From: a virus
Lineage: Duplodnaviria > Heunggongvirae > Uroviricota > Caudoviricetes
DNA: 28,227 bases
IMG/VR virus record: IMGVR_UViG_3300029286_001043
Location: 1-28,227 of that record
Direction: 5' to 3' (one strand)
The position numbers and the translations under genes are program-made. Of this stretch, positions 1-8,794 are shown piece after piece (positions within the stretch are counted from its first letter, which is position 1; every line of letters starts with the position of its first letter). Under the pieces are notes generated by a model, which saw only the letters and a list, made by a program, of their open reading frames with translations, searched no databases and was not told where the DNA came from.

Positions 1-46
1 GATACGGAAACATTAAGATTGCTATTGCTAAAATAATTTTAATCAT
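1..46 (-). CDS. 5' part of a probable secreted or membrane protein, running off the left edge (MIKIILAIAILMFPY...)
   Basis: ATG at 46..44, 10 nt after the stop of 57..407. The 15 visible codons give a basic-then-hydrophobic, signal-peptide-like N-terminus. Confidence 0.5.
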   Translation of the reverse strand, partial: MIKIILAIAILMFPY

Positions 47-56
47 GTTATCTCAT

Positions 57-407
57 TTATGAACCTAATGGTATCCAATAAACAGACTTTGTTCCAATTG
101 CTCCTTCTATAATCGTATAAACATTACCATCGGCTGTCTTCATCTGACAGTCGTAATAGTACATACCGACTAAATCATTCATTTCAGAAGCTGGAATAGT
201 TAGTGTGTAAATACCCAATTCTGGGCTAGGAATACTTGTAATAGTTTTACTGATAACTGCATCACTATCCCCGTCACTCTTGTTCTTCTTTATAGTAAAG
301 AATAGAGTCCAACCGGTAATGTCAATTGCAACATTATCAGTATCCTCAAAAATAAACTGTTCACTGAATGTATCGCCCCTGTAAACTGTGAAATTGGTCT
401 CTTGCAT
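57..407 (-). CDS. BppU N-terminal-like (Ig-fold) phage structural protein
   Basis: Pattern FTVYRGDTF..F.F.D....IDITGWT..FTIK...G.YTLTIPASE...L.G.YYYD.Q is typical of BppU-like baseplate/fibre adaptor domains. A GAGGG RBS lies in the last codons of the upstream gene. Confidence 0.65.
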   Translation of the reverse strand: MQETNFTVYRGDTFSEQFIFEDTDNVAIDITGWTLFFTIKKNKSDGDSDAVISKTITSIPSPELGIYTLTIPASEMNDLVGMYYYDCQMKTADGNVYTIIEGAIGTKSVYWIPLGS

Positions 408-408
408 A

Positions 409-1575
409 TTATCCCTCTTTTTCTTTAGTACTTATTAATAATGATAGTTTTAAAACATCTTCCTGAATGGATGCTACCTCTTCAGTCAAATCAGCCAAAA
501 CATGAGATAGAGCATCGAACTTTCTATCCTGAATATCATTTAACTCTGTAGGTAGATACTCCAAAGCTAAATAATTCTCGGCTTTACAGATATTACAATA
601 CTTCTTGATAGGTTCGTAAAGACTTCCATTTACTAAGTAATGGGTAATAATACAAGAATGACAAGTCTTTGCTGCTGGGCAATTGCCATAACACTTCGTT
701 TGATCCTTATCAATCTGTAAGAACATACCCCGTATTATAGGTTCCCCAGTAAGTAAATTACCCAACTTAAATATTCTATTGCTCGCGGCTCTATGGCAAG
801 GGTAAATCTCACCGTTAGGTAACACAGCGATGTAATCCCGACCTGCTCCACAAAAGGCTAAATCAGGTTCTATCTCGCCATTTAGGGTCTTTAAACACTT
901 GTCTACAAAGGCAATATTAATCAGCCGACCTCTCTTTAAAAGAAATCTGCGATAGTTGTAAACTAACTTCAATTGATTGGCATATGTATTTACAGAAGCA
1001 TCGTCCCAATCTGCTTCCATAACTGCATGATGCATTATGTTCCTTACTCCTAATGATATTATAAATTTAATGTTCTCATATAGCCTAGCCACAGATTTAG
1101 GAGTATAGGTCATACGTATATTCGTATCAGGAAATAACTTAAGGATACCTATAGTATTCTGGATTATCACATCAAAGTTACTACCTAATCTATACTGAAG
1201 TGTTGTATCTCTATCTCCATCTATACTTACCTGCATACGAAAACCTAATTCTTTATATCTTTTAAACATCTCCTCATCAAAATAGGTACCGTTAGTAGAG
1301 ATGTAAAATTTAACTTTATCTGCCCATAATATTTTAGCATACTCAGCTAGTTCTAATACTAATTGAGGGTACAATAAAGGCTCACCGCCAAAGAATGTCA
1401 AAGAGAAGCCTTCCGGATTGATCTCATGTAGTTTATCTAGTATCAATTTGCCGTCGGCAGAGGTCAATGTCATTGGCGATTGCTTGTGAAAACAATACAA
1501 ACATTTAAGATTGCATTCTTCAGTGATAAAAATATCAGCGCTGTTTAACGAATAATCCTCAACTAGTAAATTCAT
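409..1575 (-). CDS. Radical SAM/SPASM domain protein (third of three), with canonical core motifs and a C-terminal coiled coil
   Basis: CNLKCLYC (CxxxCxxC), FGGEPLL, STNGT, VSIDG; SPASM Cys motifs FCGAG..IAVLPNGEIYPCH and CYGNC-x5-CHSC...CNIC. Confidence 0.93.
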   Translation of the reverse strand: MNLLVEDYSLNSADIFITEECNLKCLYCFHKQSPMTLTSADGKLILDKLHEINPEGFSLTFFGGEPLLYPQLVLELAEYAKILWADKVKFYISTNGTYFDEEMFKRYKELGFRMQVSIDGDRDTTLQYRLGSNFDVIIQNTIGILKLFPDTNIRMTYTPKSVARLYENIKFIISLGVRNIMHHAVMEADWDDASVNTYANQLKLVYNYRRFLLKRGRLINIAFVDKCLKTLNGEIEPDLAFCGAGRDYIAVLPNGEIYPCHRAASNRIFKLGNLLTGEPIIRGMFLQIDKDQTKCYGNCPAAKTCHSCIITHYLVNGSLYEPIKKYCNICKAENYLALEYLPTELNDIQDRKFDALSHVLADLTEEVASIQEDVLKLSLLISTKEKEG

Positions 1576-2584
1576 AGCTCTCCTTATATTTGTTGAACAT
1601 TCTTATTAATCCCTTATTCATACTACAAAAACCGGGGTATGGTTTGAAGTAACCACCAGTCTTTCGATAATTACCAGCTAAACATTTTGTATTTGGGCAA
1701 ATGTATCTAATATTACATCCTTTACAATACTTAAACATATACTCGTCTTTATTTGACTGTACCTGTTTCATTAAATCTAATTTATTCCAATCTATTCCTT
1801 TATAAATATCACCTAATTGATTATCTTTATTTGTATACCAACCATCACATTGCCAGATGCCGCCTTCTGGATCTATTGCTAATCGCTCTAATCCACATCC
1901 ACAAAACTTCCTTGTTTCATATGGACTACCACAACCACCGTTCCAAAAGGAACTCTGTAATACCTTGTAATCTAATCTAAACTCCTTTATTATCTCTAAA
2001 TATCCGGTAATGTATTTCTCTATCTCTTCAGGAGTAAAATCATAATGCTGTTTGTAGTAACAATTTATATTAATGAATCCTAAATTAGCCAGATATCTGT
2101 AATCCTCTACCATATTATCGTAGTTTGTTACTAGGAAATTTATGCTTCCTTGCTTCTCTAAAAATAACTTCTTGGTGAATGGTTGTGCTTCGACTTTATT
2201 ACATATGCTTCCGTACTTCTCATATGCATCCCCCATCGACCAAACTAAACGATAGTTGTTATTCTTAATCAAGTAGTTATATACATCTTCAGTTATCAAA
2301 GAACCATTTGTGTTCGAATGAAACATCACCTGTGGGTACTTTTCAATGGCATACTTAGTAACATCAAAATTTAAGAATGGCTCACCGCCCCACAAGAATA
2401 TGTAAAAATTAGGTGTTACTTTTAAATTACTATAGATGAACTTAATTGAATCTATAATAACTTCTTTAGACATACTCTGTTTGTTCCTGGAACCTTTACT
2501 GTAGCAGAAAGAACAATCTGAGTTACAATCATTAGTCAGGACTAAATAAACTGACTTGTACCTAGTTTGGCTTTGAGTATCCAT
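1559..2584 (-). CDS. Radical SAM/SPASM domain protein (second of three)
   Basis: CNSDCSFC, WGGEPFLN, NTNGSL; SPASM motifs FCGCG..LAIDPEGGIWQC and CKGC-x5-C-x4-C...C. Overlaps its neighbours by 17 and 23 nt. Confidence 0.92.
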   Translation of the reverse strand: MDTQSQTRYKSVYLVLTNDCNSDCSFCYSKGSRNKQSMSKEVIIDSIKFIYSNLKVTPNFYIFLWGGEPFLNFDVTKYAIEKYPQVMFHSNTNGSLITEDVYNYLIKNNNYRLVWSMGDAYEKYGSICNKVEAQPFTKKLFLEKQGSINFLVTNYDNMVEDYRYLANLGFININCYYKQHYDFTPEEIEKYITGYLEIIKEFRLDYKVLQSSFWNGGCGSPYETRKFCGCGLERLAIDPEGGIWQCDGWYTNKDNQLGDIYKGIDWNKLDLMKQVQSNKDEYMFKYCKGCNIRYICPNTKCLAGNYRKTGGYFKPYPGFCSMNKGLIRMFNKYKESYEFTS

Positions 2585-3659
2585 ACTTGTCCAATATATA
2601 CGTATAAGTGGCTGATTCTATTGCTCTTAAGTTACACACTTCTGGAGTCGGTTTAAACAAATTATGGTTAAATCTGTAATTCTCACCTAAACAAAGGGCA
2701 TTAGTACATAACTCTTTATTTCCTAAAGGACAATCTGTGCAATACTTAGTAAGTTCGGTATTCCAGTTCGGGATGTCTTTGAATATTCTATCCTTATCAA
2801 TATCGGTATAAATCGTTCCAATCTTAAACTCCGGGTAAACTATAAAGTAATCACATGGAAAGATATTACCTTCCCAATCAACCGCTAGATAATGAAACCC
2901 AGAACCACAAAACAACCCTAATGGAACTGTGGGCAATCCTTGTCGTTTCCTTGCTATGTTACTTCTAAAGGCAGTATCTAACGTACTAGTAACATGCTTA
3001 TAGGAATATACAATATCGACTATCTTCTGAAATAATTTGATGTACTCGTCCTTATGCTCCATGGCATATTTGCTCTGTTTGGGAGCATTGAACCTTAGAT
3101 TCCTTATTCCAGTCTTGCATAGATATTCAACATCTTTAAGTGTACTTTCATCTATAGTCTCAACAACATAATGTACATCACCTTTAGTATGCTTAACTAA
3201 ATCGAGTATTGGCTGTACCGTTTCTGCCAACTTATCTCCATACCTAGTTTTCAAAGAACCCATACTAAAACTTACAACTAAATTGTTCTTGTGCTTAAAA
3301 CACCACTCTCTAATTTCAGGGTTCTCAAGAAGTATCAATCCGTTAGTCACTAACATAAATCTGTGCATTGAATACTTCTCTACTGCATACTTAACTGCTT
3401 CAAAGTTTAAGAGTGGTTCTCCTCCAAACAATACAAATAGTAGTTTCTGATCCTTAATCTTTTTAGACATAAAAACAATTGTATCGTCTAAAACCTTAGT
3501 TGACATCATTGTGTCTTTTCTGAAACCTTCTGGCTGATAACAATAAGAACAACTCAAATTGCAACCTTGTGAAAGTATCAAATTAACATTCACAAAATCA
3601 CGATGTAGATTATCCGATGTCAAATCTTGTAACTCTAAGGCCATGTGTACGGGTTGCAT
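2562..3659 (-). CDS. Radical SAM/SPASM domain protein (first of three); alternative start ATG at 3644
   Basis: CNLSCSYC, FGGEPLLN, VTNGL; SPASM motifs FCGSG..LAVDWEGNIFPC and CTDC-x7-C-x4-C...C. The start overlaps the end of the Cys-rich gene. Confidence 0.92.
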   Translation of the reverse strand: MQPVHMALELQDLTSDNLHRDFVNVNLILSQGCNLSCSYCYQPEGFRKDTMMSTKVLDDTIVFMSKKIKDQKLLFVLFGGEPLLNFEAVKYAVEKYSMHRFMLVTNGLILLENPEIREWCFKHKNNLVVSFSMGSLKTRYGDKLAETVQPILDLVKHTKGDVHYVVETIDESTLKDVEYLCKTGIRNLRFNAPKQSKYAMEHKDEYIKLFQKIVDIVYSYKHVTSTLDTAFRSNIARKRQGLPTVPLGLFCGSGFHYLAVDWEGNIFPCDYFIVYPEFKIGTIYTDIDKDRIFKDIPNWNTELTKYCTDCPLGNKELCTNALCLGENYRFNHNLFKPTPEVCNLRAIESATYTYILDKYGYSKPN

Positions 3660-4432
3660 TTACAGTTCCATGCTGAATGGTCATGGGCTCCTTGATACTC
3701 ACAAGTTCCCCAATTGGAACCTGGAGGTGTATAATTACACATATTCCATGGTACAGTATTGTCTCCAGGTGTTATCGTACCACCGAAAGAACAATCATTA
3801 CAACCACTTGGATAATTACACGTTCCAGTATAGACCTTATAAGGATAAGTTGTTGCTGAACTTAAGTTAATACTTGCGCATCGATAAGCATGAACAAAAT
3901 AATTACAACCACATCCTTGGTCGTCGTCACAAGCAACACTAGGTGTGTAGTATGTAAAATCAAAACCACAGTCCTGGCAATACTGACATTGTTCTGCTTC
4001 ACAAATACAAGAAGCCATCAAGGCCTGTAACGTGGATCTTAATTCGGATATATGAGAACCTTTTTGTTTAGTGTCATGTTCAGTAATTGTAGGGTCTGTC
4101 CAACTAATCGCTGCTGTACTATCTTGAGGACAATAGTAGGAATCTGCCGCACAATCTCCTTCTTTAATACCATCATCTATGGCCGCTCTTAGTTCATCTA
4201 TATGTATCTTCCTAATTTTAGTTGAACGAGCAGTAATTGTCGAATCTGTGAATGTTACGTTTGTAATACCACGCCGTGTCAATTCCGCGTTTACCGCCGT
4301 CCTTAACTCATCTATATGAACTTTCCTATGTTTAGTACCATGGGCAGTTAATGTTGGGTCAGTAAAGGCTATAGTGTTAGCAGCACATTGCTTCGGCGCG
4401 TTAGTATGTGGATTTCCGTATGTTTTAGCCAT
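3635..4432 (-). CDS. Cys-rich protein with three N-terminal [FW]TDxTxT..TK....HIxELR repeats; candidate rSAM substrate and/or distal tail-associated protein
   Basis: Clean 265-aa ORF with AGGAG RBS. 19 Cys in total, 16 of them in residues 142-265. Repeats at aa 23-44, 61-82 and 111-132. The function is inferred from context. Confidence 0.8.
   Translation of the reverse strand: MAKTYGNPHTNAPKQCAANTIAFTDPTLTAHGTKHRKVHIDELRTAVNAELTRRGITNVTFTDSTITARSTKIRKIHIDELRAAIDDGIKEGDCAADSYYCPQDSTAAISWTDPTITEHDTKQKGSHISELRSTLQALMASCICEAEQCQYCQDCGFDFTYYTPSVACDDDQGCGCNYFVHAYRCASINLSSATTYPYKVYTGTCNYPSGCNDCSFGGTITPGDNTVPWNMCNYTPPGSNWGTCEYQGAHDHSAWNCKCNPYTWP
4037..4366 (-). repeat. Three protein-level repeats: FTDPTLTAHGTKHRKVHIDELR / FTDSTITARSTKIRKIHIDELR / WTDPTITEHDTKQKGSHISELR
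   Basis: Aligned by eye from the translation: 4301-4366, 4187-4252 and 4037-4102. Confidence 0.9.
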
Positions 4433-4446
4433 TCTATTCTCCTATA

Positions 4447-5286
4447 TTAAGCACCGTATGTAACATCATCCCAGCTAGCTGTTGTACCATTTGATACCAA
4501 AGCATACCCGGATTTACCTGATTGTGCAGGAAGTAATCCAGTTAAGGTTACACCGCTAGTAACAAAACTACGTACATCTTTAATACTTGAAGCTGTTATT
4601 GTTGTTTGACCTACAGTTAAAGTAATTTCTGCTAATGTAACTAACCCACCATAACTAGGAGGAGTAGTTGCATTTAAAGTAGCAATTACTGCACCAGCAG
4701 CATTAACTTGTATAGCATAAACATTTGTTCCGGCCACAGGCGCGGCCATTAACGGTGTTAATTGATCTACAATATCATAATTTGCAGTTCCATAGTTAAC
4801 TCTACCCGCTCTTACCCTACAATACATACTTGCTGCAACTGTAGGTTCTACTTTTAAAAATAAATCCATTATTTGAGGATTTGATCTTAAAGTATAAACA
4901 AATCCTTGAAGTGTAGATCCAGAATAAGAACACACACCAACAATTAAATCATTAGCTTGAAGACTTCCTGCCGCTATACCTAATATTTCCATGTAATCAA
5001 CCGCCGCACTTCCAGTATATGTCCAGCGTAATACAACATACGTTAAAGTAGAACTTACAGTAACAGTAGCTGCAGTAGTTGTCCTAATTCTTTCCTGATG
5101 AGTTCCATCTGTTATTTCACAAGATAATGCAGATAAACTTACACTTACATCAGATACTTTAGTTAGATAACCACCAGAATAAATCCCGGTTTTTCTAACA
5201 TCTTTTCCTATTCTATTTACTATCGAAGAATCTACTGGGTCGAAGTAAGCTACTGTACGTTCCTGAACACCTATATCATTAGGCAT
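4447..5286 (-). CDS. Short tail-fibre anchor/proximal fibre protein
   Basis: Follows the baseplate wedge genes. Has GIYSGG... and LAEITLTVGQTTITASSIKDVRSF motifs typical of fibre baseplate-binding domains, and ends in a fibre-type LPAQSGKSGYALVSNGTTASW motif. No recognisable receptor-binding domain. Confidence 0.6.
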   Translation of the reverse strand: MPNDIGVQERTVAYFDPVDSSIVNRIGKDVRKTGIYSGGYLTKVSDVSVSLSALSCEITDGTHQERIRTTTAATVTVSSTLTYVVLRWTYTGSAAVDYMEILGIAAGSLQANDLIVGVCSYSGSTLQGFVYTLRSNPQIMDLFLKVEPTVAASMYCRVRAGRVNYGTANYDIVDQLTPLMAAPVAGTNVYAIQVNAAGAVIATLNATTPPSYGGLVTLAEITLTVGQTTITASSIKDVRSFVTSGVTLTGLLPAQSGKSGYALVSNGTTASWDDVTYGA

Positions 5287-5291
5287 TTTGT

Positions 5292-5300
5292 ACCTCCTTA
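5292..5300 (-). promoter_or_regulatory. Strong Shine-Dalgarno site TAAGGAGGT (similar sites at 7089-7096 and 19598-19607)
   Basis: Perfect anti-SD complement 5 nt upstream of the ATG at 5286. Confidence 0.85.
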
Positions 5301-5306
5301 TTATTT

Positions 5307-6584
5307 TTATACATAAATTGTAAAAACTACTCTCAATGCGATTCCGGCTACTTTCGCTATACTCGGAAAAGTTGCTTCAGCTACCATTGTTGTTCCATCA
5401 TTTAAAAATAAACCTAATTCAGTAATACCAGCTTGAACCACAGTGGTATCAATATTTAATGTAAATTCTATTCGATCAGAATAAACAGTATATGTAACAC
5501 CACTACCTGATATTACTGGGGTTTCAAGTTGAATATCTGCCTCATTAGGAAGAGTATTAATTCGTCCGGTTCCTAATTGGTATTTAGTAATCCCATCCAA
5601 AAATGAAGTCTTAGTATAGTCAAAAAATGCGTGAGTAGGCTGAATTACCGCATTAGAATCAAAATATAAATCACTACTATCATCAAAGTATTTTCGAGTA
5701 AACTCCCAATCCCTATTTACACAAGCATTTACATTGCCCAGGCTGGTATAAACTTCGCCGCTTTCAGTAGTAATTGGATTTAAAAACATAGAATAATTAA
5801 CTACTACATTTACAGGACGAACCGACTCAACATATTCAGTTAAATCAGTCTTCATTCCGGCTATAAATAGATAATCATCAGAGGCGTCGCCGAATGACTT
5901 ATTAAGAACTATCTCTACACCGATATGTGGAGACTTATAATAAGAAGCAGACAACCCAACTGGATTTTCATTTTCATGTCCAGTAAACCATTCTTCTTGA
6001 GTAAAAGTAGCATAATCCGAAGTATACATATCCCAAATATTCAAATTAAATCCTAATACATACGCAATATGACTAAGAGAAGTATAAGTACCTTTCTCCT
6101 TATACCAATCTATAACTTGAATTAATTGTCTTCTCTTTTCATCTATAGTAGCAGTATCTGCTCTAATTATCTGATACCCGACCAGATCAGCTAGGTATTG
6201 AATATAATCCGTCCCAACATTATATTTATCTAATAACTTTTCTATATCATTTATATTTCCGATCCACGTCCCGGTTAAAATACCACATTCTTCTAAAAAC
6301 TCTTGAAGAACAGTGGAATCTCGGAACTTAAGTGGTACCAATTCCATTAAATCTACATATTTTGCATAGTTTTCACCCTCACTAAATACTGATGTGATAG
6401 TCAAATCTAAAACTTCAGCAGCAATATATTTTTCTTGAGCTAAAGTTATAGTAGCCGTACTAACAATCTGAATATTTCCTTCAGAATCAAAATTCAAATC
6501 GATAACATCGTCGAAATTTATCCCAGTACTTATGCCTTTACCTAATTCATCAAAATAAAGTTTATCAAATCTAAAAGTTGACAT
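5307..6584 (-). CDS. Baseplate wedge protein, P2 gpI / T4 gp7-like
   Basis: YIQYLADLVGY...KRRQLIQVIDWYKEKGTY.SL motif (Tail_P2_I-like), VRPVNVVV motif, and position after the baseplate J-like gene. Confidence 0.75.
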   Translation of the reverse strand: MSTFRFDKLYFDELGKGISTGINFDDVIDLNFDSEGNIQIVSTATITLAQEKYIAAEVLDLTITSVFSEGENYAKYVDLMELVPLKFRDSTVLQEFLEECGILTGTWIGNINDIEKLLDKYNVGTDYIQYLADLVGYQIIRADTATIDEKRRQLIQVIDWYKEKGTYTSLSHIAYVLGFNLNIWDMYTSDYATFTQEEWFTGHENENPVGLSASYYKSPHIGVEIVLNKSFGDASDDYLFIAGMKTDLTEYVESVRPVNVVVNYSMFLNPITTESGEVYTSLGNVNACVNRDWEFTRKYFDDSSDLYFDSNAVIQPTHAFFDYTKTSFLDGITKYQLGTGRINTLPNEADIQLETPVISGSGVTYTVYSDRIEFTLNIDTTVVQAGITELGLFLNDGTTMVAEATFPSIAKVAGIALRVVFTIYV

Positions 6585-6585
6585 C

Positions 6586-7083
6586 TTATTGTAGTTTTAT
6601 CCTCATTTGAACTACCATCGAATCCCCAGATAAAATTGTCCTAGTCATAGCTAAATCTACAAATGCAATCAATTTACCTGAATTATCAGAAGTCGTTGCC
6701 AAATAGGCGGTAGTTACTGGACCTATATTTCCAGCGACCGCCGTAAATGTCAACTCTTTACTGACTATTCGATAATCTGTCGCATCTAATTCTTTAGTCG
6801 GAAATCCAACAGTCGACCGCTCTAATGTTTGAGCTGAATACCCATTTCCACTCATTTCATTCTGTATCGTAATCAGAGTATCCGTTTCGACTAATGTATC
6901 ATTGCAAAGACGAACATAGAATCCGGCGGGAGTATACGCTGCCTCGCCTCTGAAAAAACTCTCCAAAATAGATTCTTCCCCTTGATCAACGAGTGAATTT
7001 TTTTTGTCCATACCCCAAATTTCTTTACCGTCTCTAATATGTCTTATTGTCCACCACGAATCATAAAATTTGTGTCTGCCCAT
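6586..7083 (-). CDS. Putative baseplate wedge structural protein
   Basis: NSLVDQGEESIL...YVRL...E..GNGYSAQ...G.L.AFVDL pattern; lies between the gp6-like and gp7-like genes. Confidence 0.55.
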   Translation of the reverse strand: MGRHKFYDSWWTIRHIRDGKEIWGMDKKNSLVDQGEESILESFFRGEAAYTPAGFYVRLCNDTLVETDTLITIQNEMSGNGYSAQTLERSTVGFPTKELDATDYRIVSKELTFTAVAGNIGPVTTAYLATTSDNSGKLIAFVDLAMTRTILSGDSMVVQMRIKLQ

Positions 7084-7097
7084 TAAATCCTCCTTAA

Positions 7098-8786
7098 CTA
7101 TGCTACATACCCTATTAGTGTAACATCAACCTCTAATAATTTAGCAATCTGATCTTGATTCAAAACTATATCACCATCTTCATTTTGTTTATACCTTACA
7201 TAAATTTCGTCACTAGGCCCTAAAGCCGGAGAAATATCTAATGATACTTCGCCATTTACATAATTAATTGTACCATTGGTAATAGTATAAGTAGAATCTA
7301 TATCTACAAACGCCCCTGCTCCATCATCAGTTGCTACAATCTCGTCATTAACATAGAGATTTACTGATCCTTCTAATATCGGAAGTACGGATAAATTCTC
7401 TCCCCAATCGTGCAACGAATTGTGGGTAGCATCGAGATCTTTTCTGATCTGAAATTCTGAATGACTATAAGATACCCCACTTACACTTTCAATAGTAGAT
7501 ACTAAATCTCCAATCCTCTTATCTGTCCCTAATTTAGTCGTAGTCCCTAATACAAATTCGTCGGCAATCGCAGTTTCAACAGCCGATTGCATATCAGATA
7601 ACGTTCGTCCTTTAATAACCTTCAAATCTAGAGTAGGTACAACATCAATTACTTCAGGATCAACATAAGAATATCGTACCGTCATTAATGATTTAGTATA
7701 TAAATATTCAGATAAATCAGCTTCAAAGGTGGCAGAAGGTAATTCCCAATTCTGAAGTATTACACATAATTTAACTTGGTTATACATATCATAATTAGGA
7801 GGAGTCTCTTCCGCTTCCCCCCAAACATTTGAATCTGCGACGCCAGCATAATTGTTTATTATCGAAACAAAATCAGCTTTAGTTACAGCTCTATCTCCAG
7901 TAGCAAAAACGCTTGGAGCTTCAGCCCTAATTTCCTCCAACGATTCTGCATCATCTCCGCCTAAGAATACGGTAGTATTAGTAACTGTACAAGCTTTAGA
8001 AGTTCCTAACGTATCATAAATAGCATCATTAAGAGTAGTAACTCGAGCTAATTCATAAACATTTCCGCTTAGTCCTTCAGATTTAACATATTTAATCTCA
8101 ATAACATCTCCTAAATCTGGAGCTTTACCGAAGACGTCATTGCCAAATAGAATTGTAACATTATCATCTAATTCGGGTCTTAGAACATAATGAAGCGAAG
8201 TTGTAGTAGAATCGATAAAAGAAGTTACTTTAGTCCATTCAACACCATTTACTGATACTGTCAAATTAGTATTTTCTATGGAGTCATCATCAATTAGATA
8301 TTCCTGATCAGTATTTCCAGTTGAAGTATAATCTAAAGTTATTAACTCGCCCTGTAACGCCTCTGCATCGACATACGTCTGCCCAACCATAATTGCTACA
8401 TCATCAGCCACTAAATATTTAATTCCACTGCTCGTTTGACATTCAGTATATTTAGGAATAAAAACAATTTGAGTATGTGCTCCGCCAGTTAAAGTAAATC
8501 TAAGAGTACCAGTAGCAGACACTTTTCGTTTTGGAATATAATTCAATAACCTAACTAAGTTAATAATACTAGATTTGTTCTTAGCTGTCATTATGTATGA
8601 TTCTTCGGCTCTTCTTTCAACATAATACAATACTAAGTTTGCAACTGCCGCAAACAATTCGATCAGCATAGACCCAGTTGAAGAACGATAAGTATCTTTC
8701 CACGCCCCACGCTCTTTAAGCCTATTGGTAAGCTGTGTTACCAGATCATCAAAATCATAATCTACAAAAGAAAGCTGATTGCTCAT
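7098..8786 (-). CDS. Baseplate wedge subunit, T4 gp6 / baseplate J-like
   Basis: DYDFDDL..QL...S.GSMLIELFAAV...TAKNKSSI, FGNDVFGKAP, GGDDAESLEEIR...RAVTKADF. Confidence 0.93.
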   Translation of the reverse strand: MSNQLSFVDYDFDDLVTQLTNRLKERGAWKDTYRSSTGSMLIELFAAVANLVLYYVERRAEESYIMTAKNKSSIINLVRLLNYIPKRKVSATGTLRFTLTGGAHTQIVFIPKYTECQTSSGIKYLVADDVAIMVGQTYVDAEALQGELITLDYTSTGNTDQEYLIDDDSIENTNLTVSVNGVEWTKVTSFIDSTTTSLHYVLRPELDDNVTILFGNDVFGKAPDLGDVIEIKYVKSEGLSGNVYELARVTTLNDAIYDTLGTSKACTVTNTTVFLGGDDAESLEEIRAEAPSVFATGDRAVTKADFVSIINNYAGVADSNVWGEAEETPPNYDMYNQVKLCVILQNWELPSATFEADLSEYLYTKSLMTVRYSYVDPEVIDVVPTLDLKVIKGRTLSDMQSAVETAIADEFVLGTTTKLGTDKRIGDLVSTIESVSGVSYSHSEFQIRKDLDATHNSLHDWGENLSVLPILEGSVNLYVNDEIVATDDGAGAFVDIDSTYTITNGTINYVNGEVSLDISPALGPSDEIYVRYKQNEDGDIVLNQDQIAKLLEVDVTLIGYVA

Positions 8787-8794
8787 ATTACCCC

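Noticed and set aside
409-3659. rSAMs as QueE/7-deazaguanine, anaerobic RNR activase, MoaA or sulfatase-maturase genes
   Set aside because: All three have full SPASM Cys sets, unlike QueE or NrdG. No queC/D, nrdD, moa or sulfatase partner is in the window, and the coupled neighbour is a Cys-rich protein. Partners outside the window cannot be excluded.
3635-4009. Cys-rich C-terminus as a diversity-generating-retroelement variable region
   Set aside because: No reverse transcriptase and no second near-identical template copy were seen in the window.
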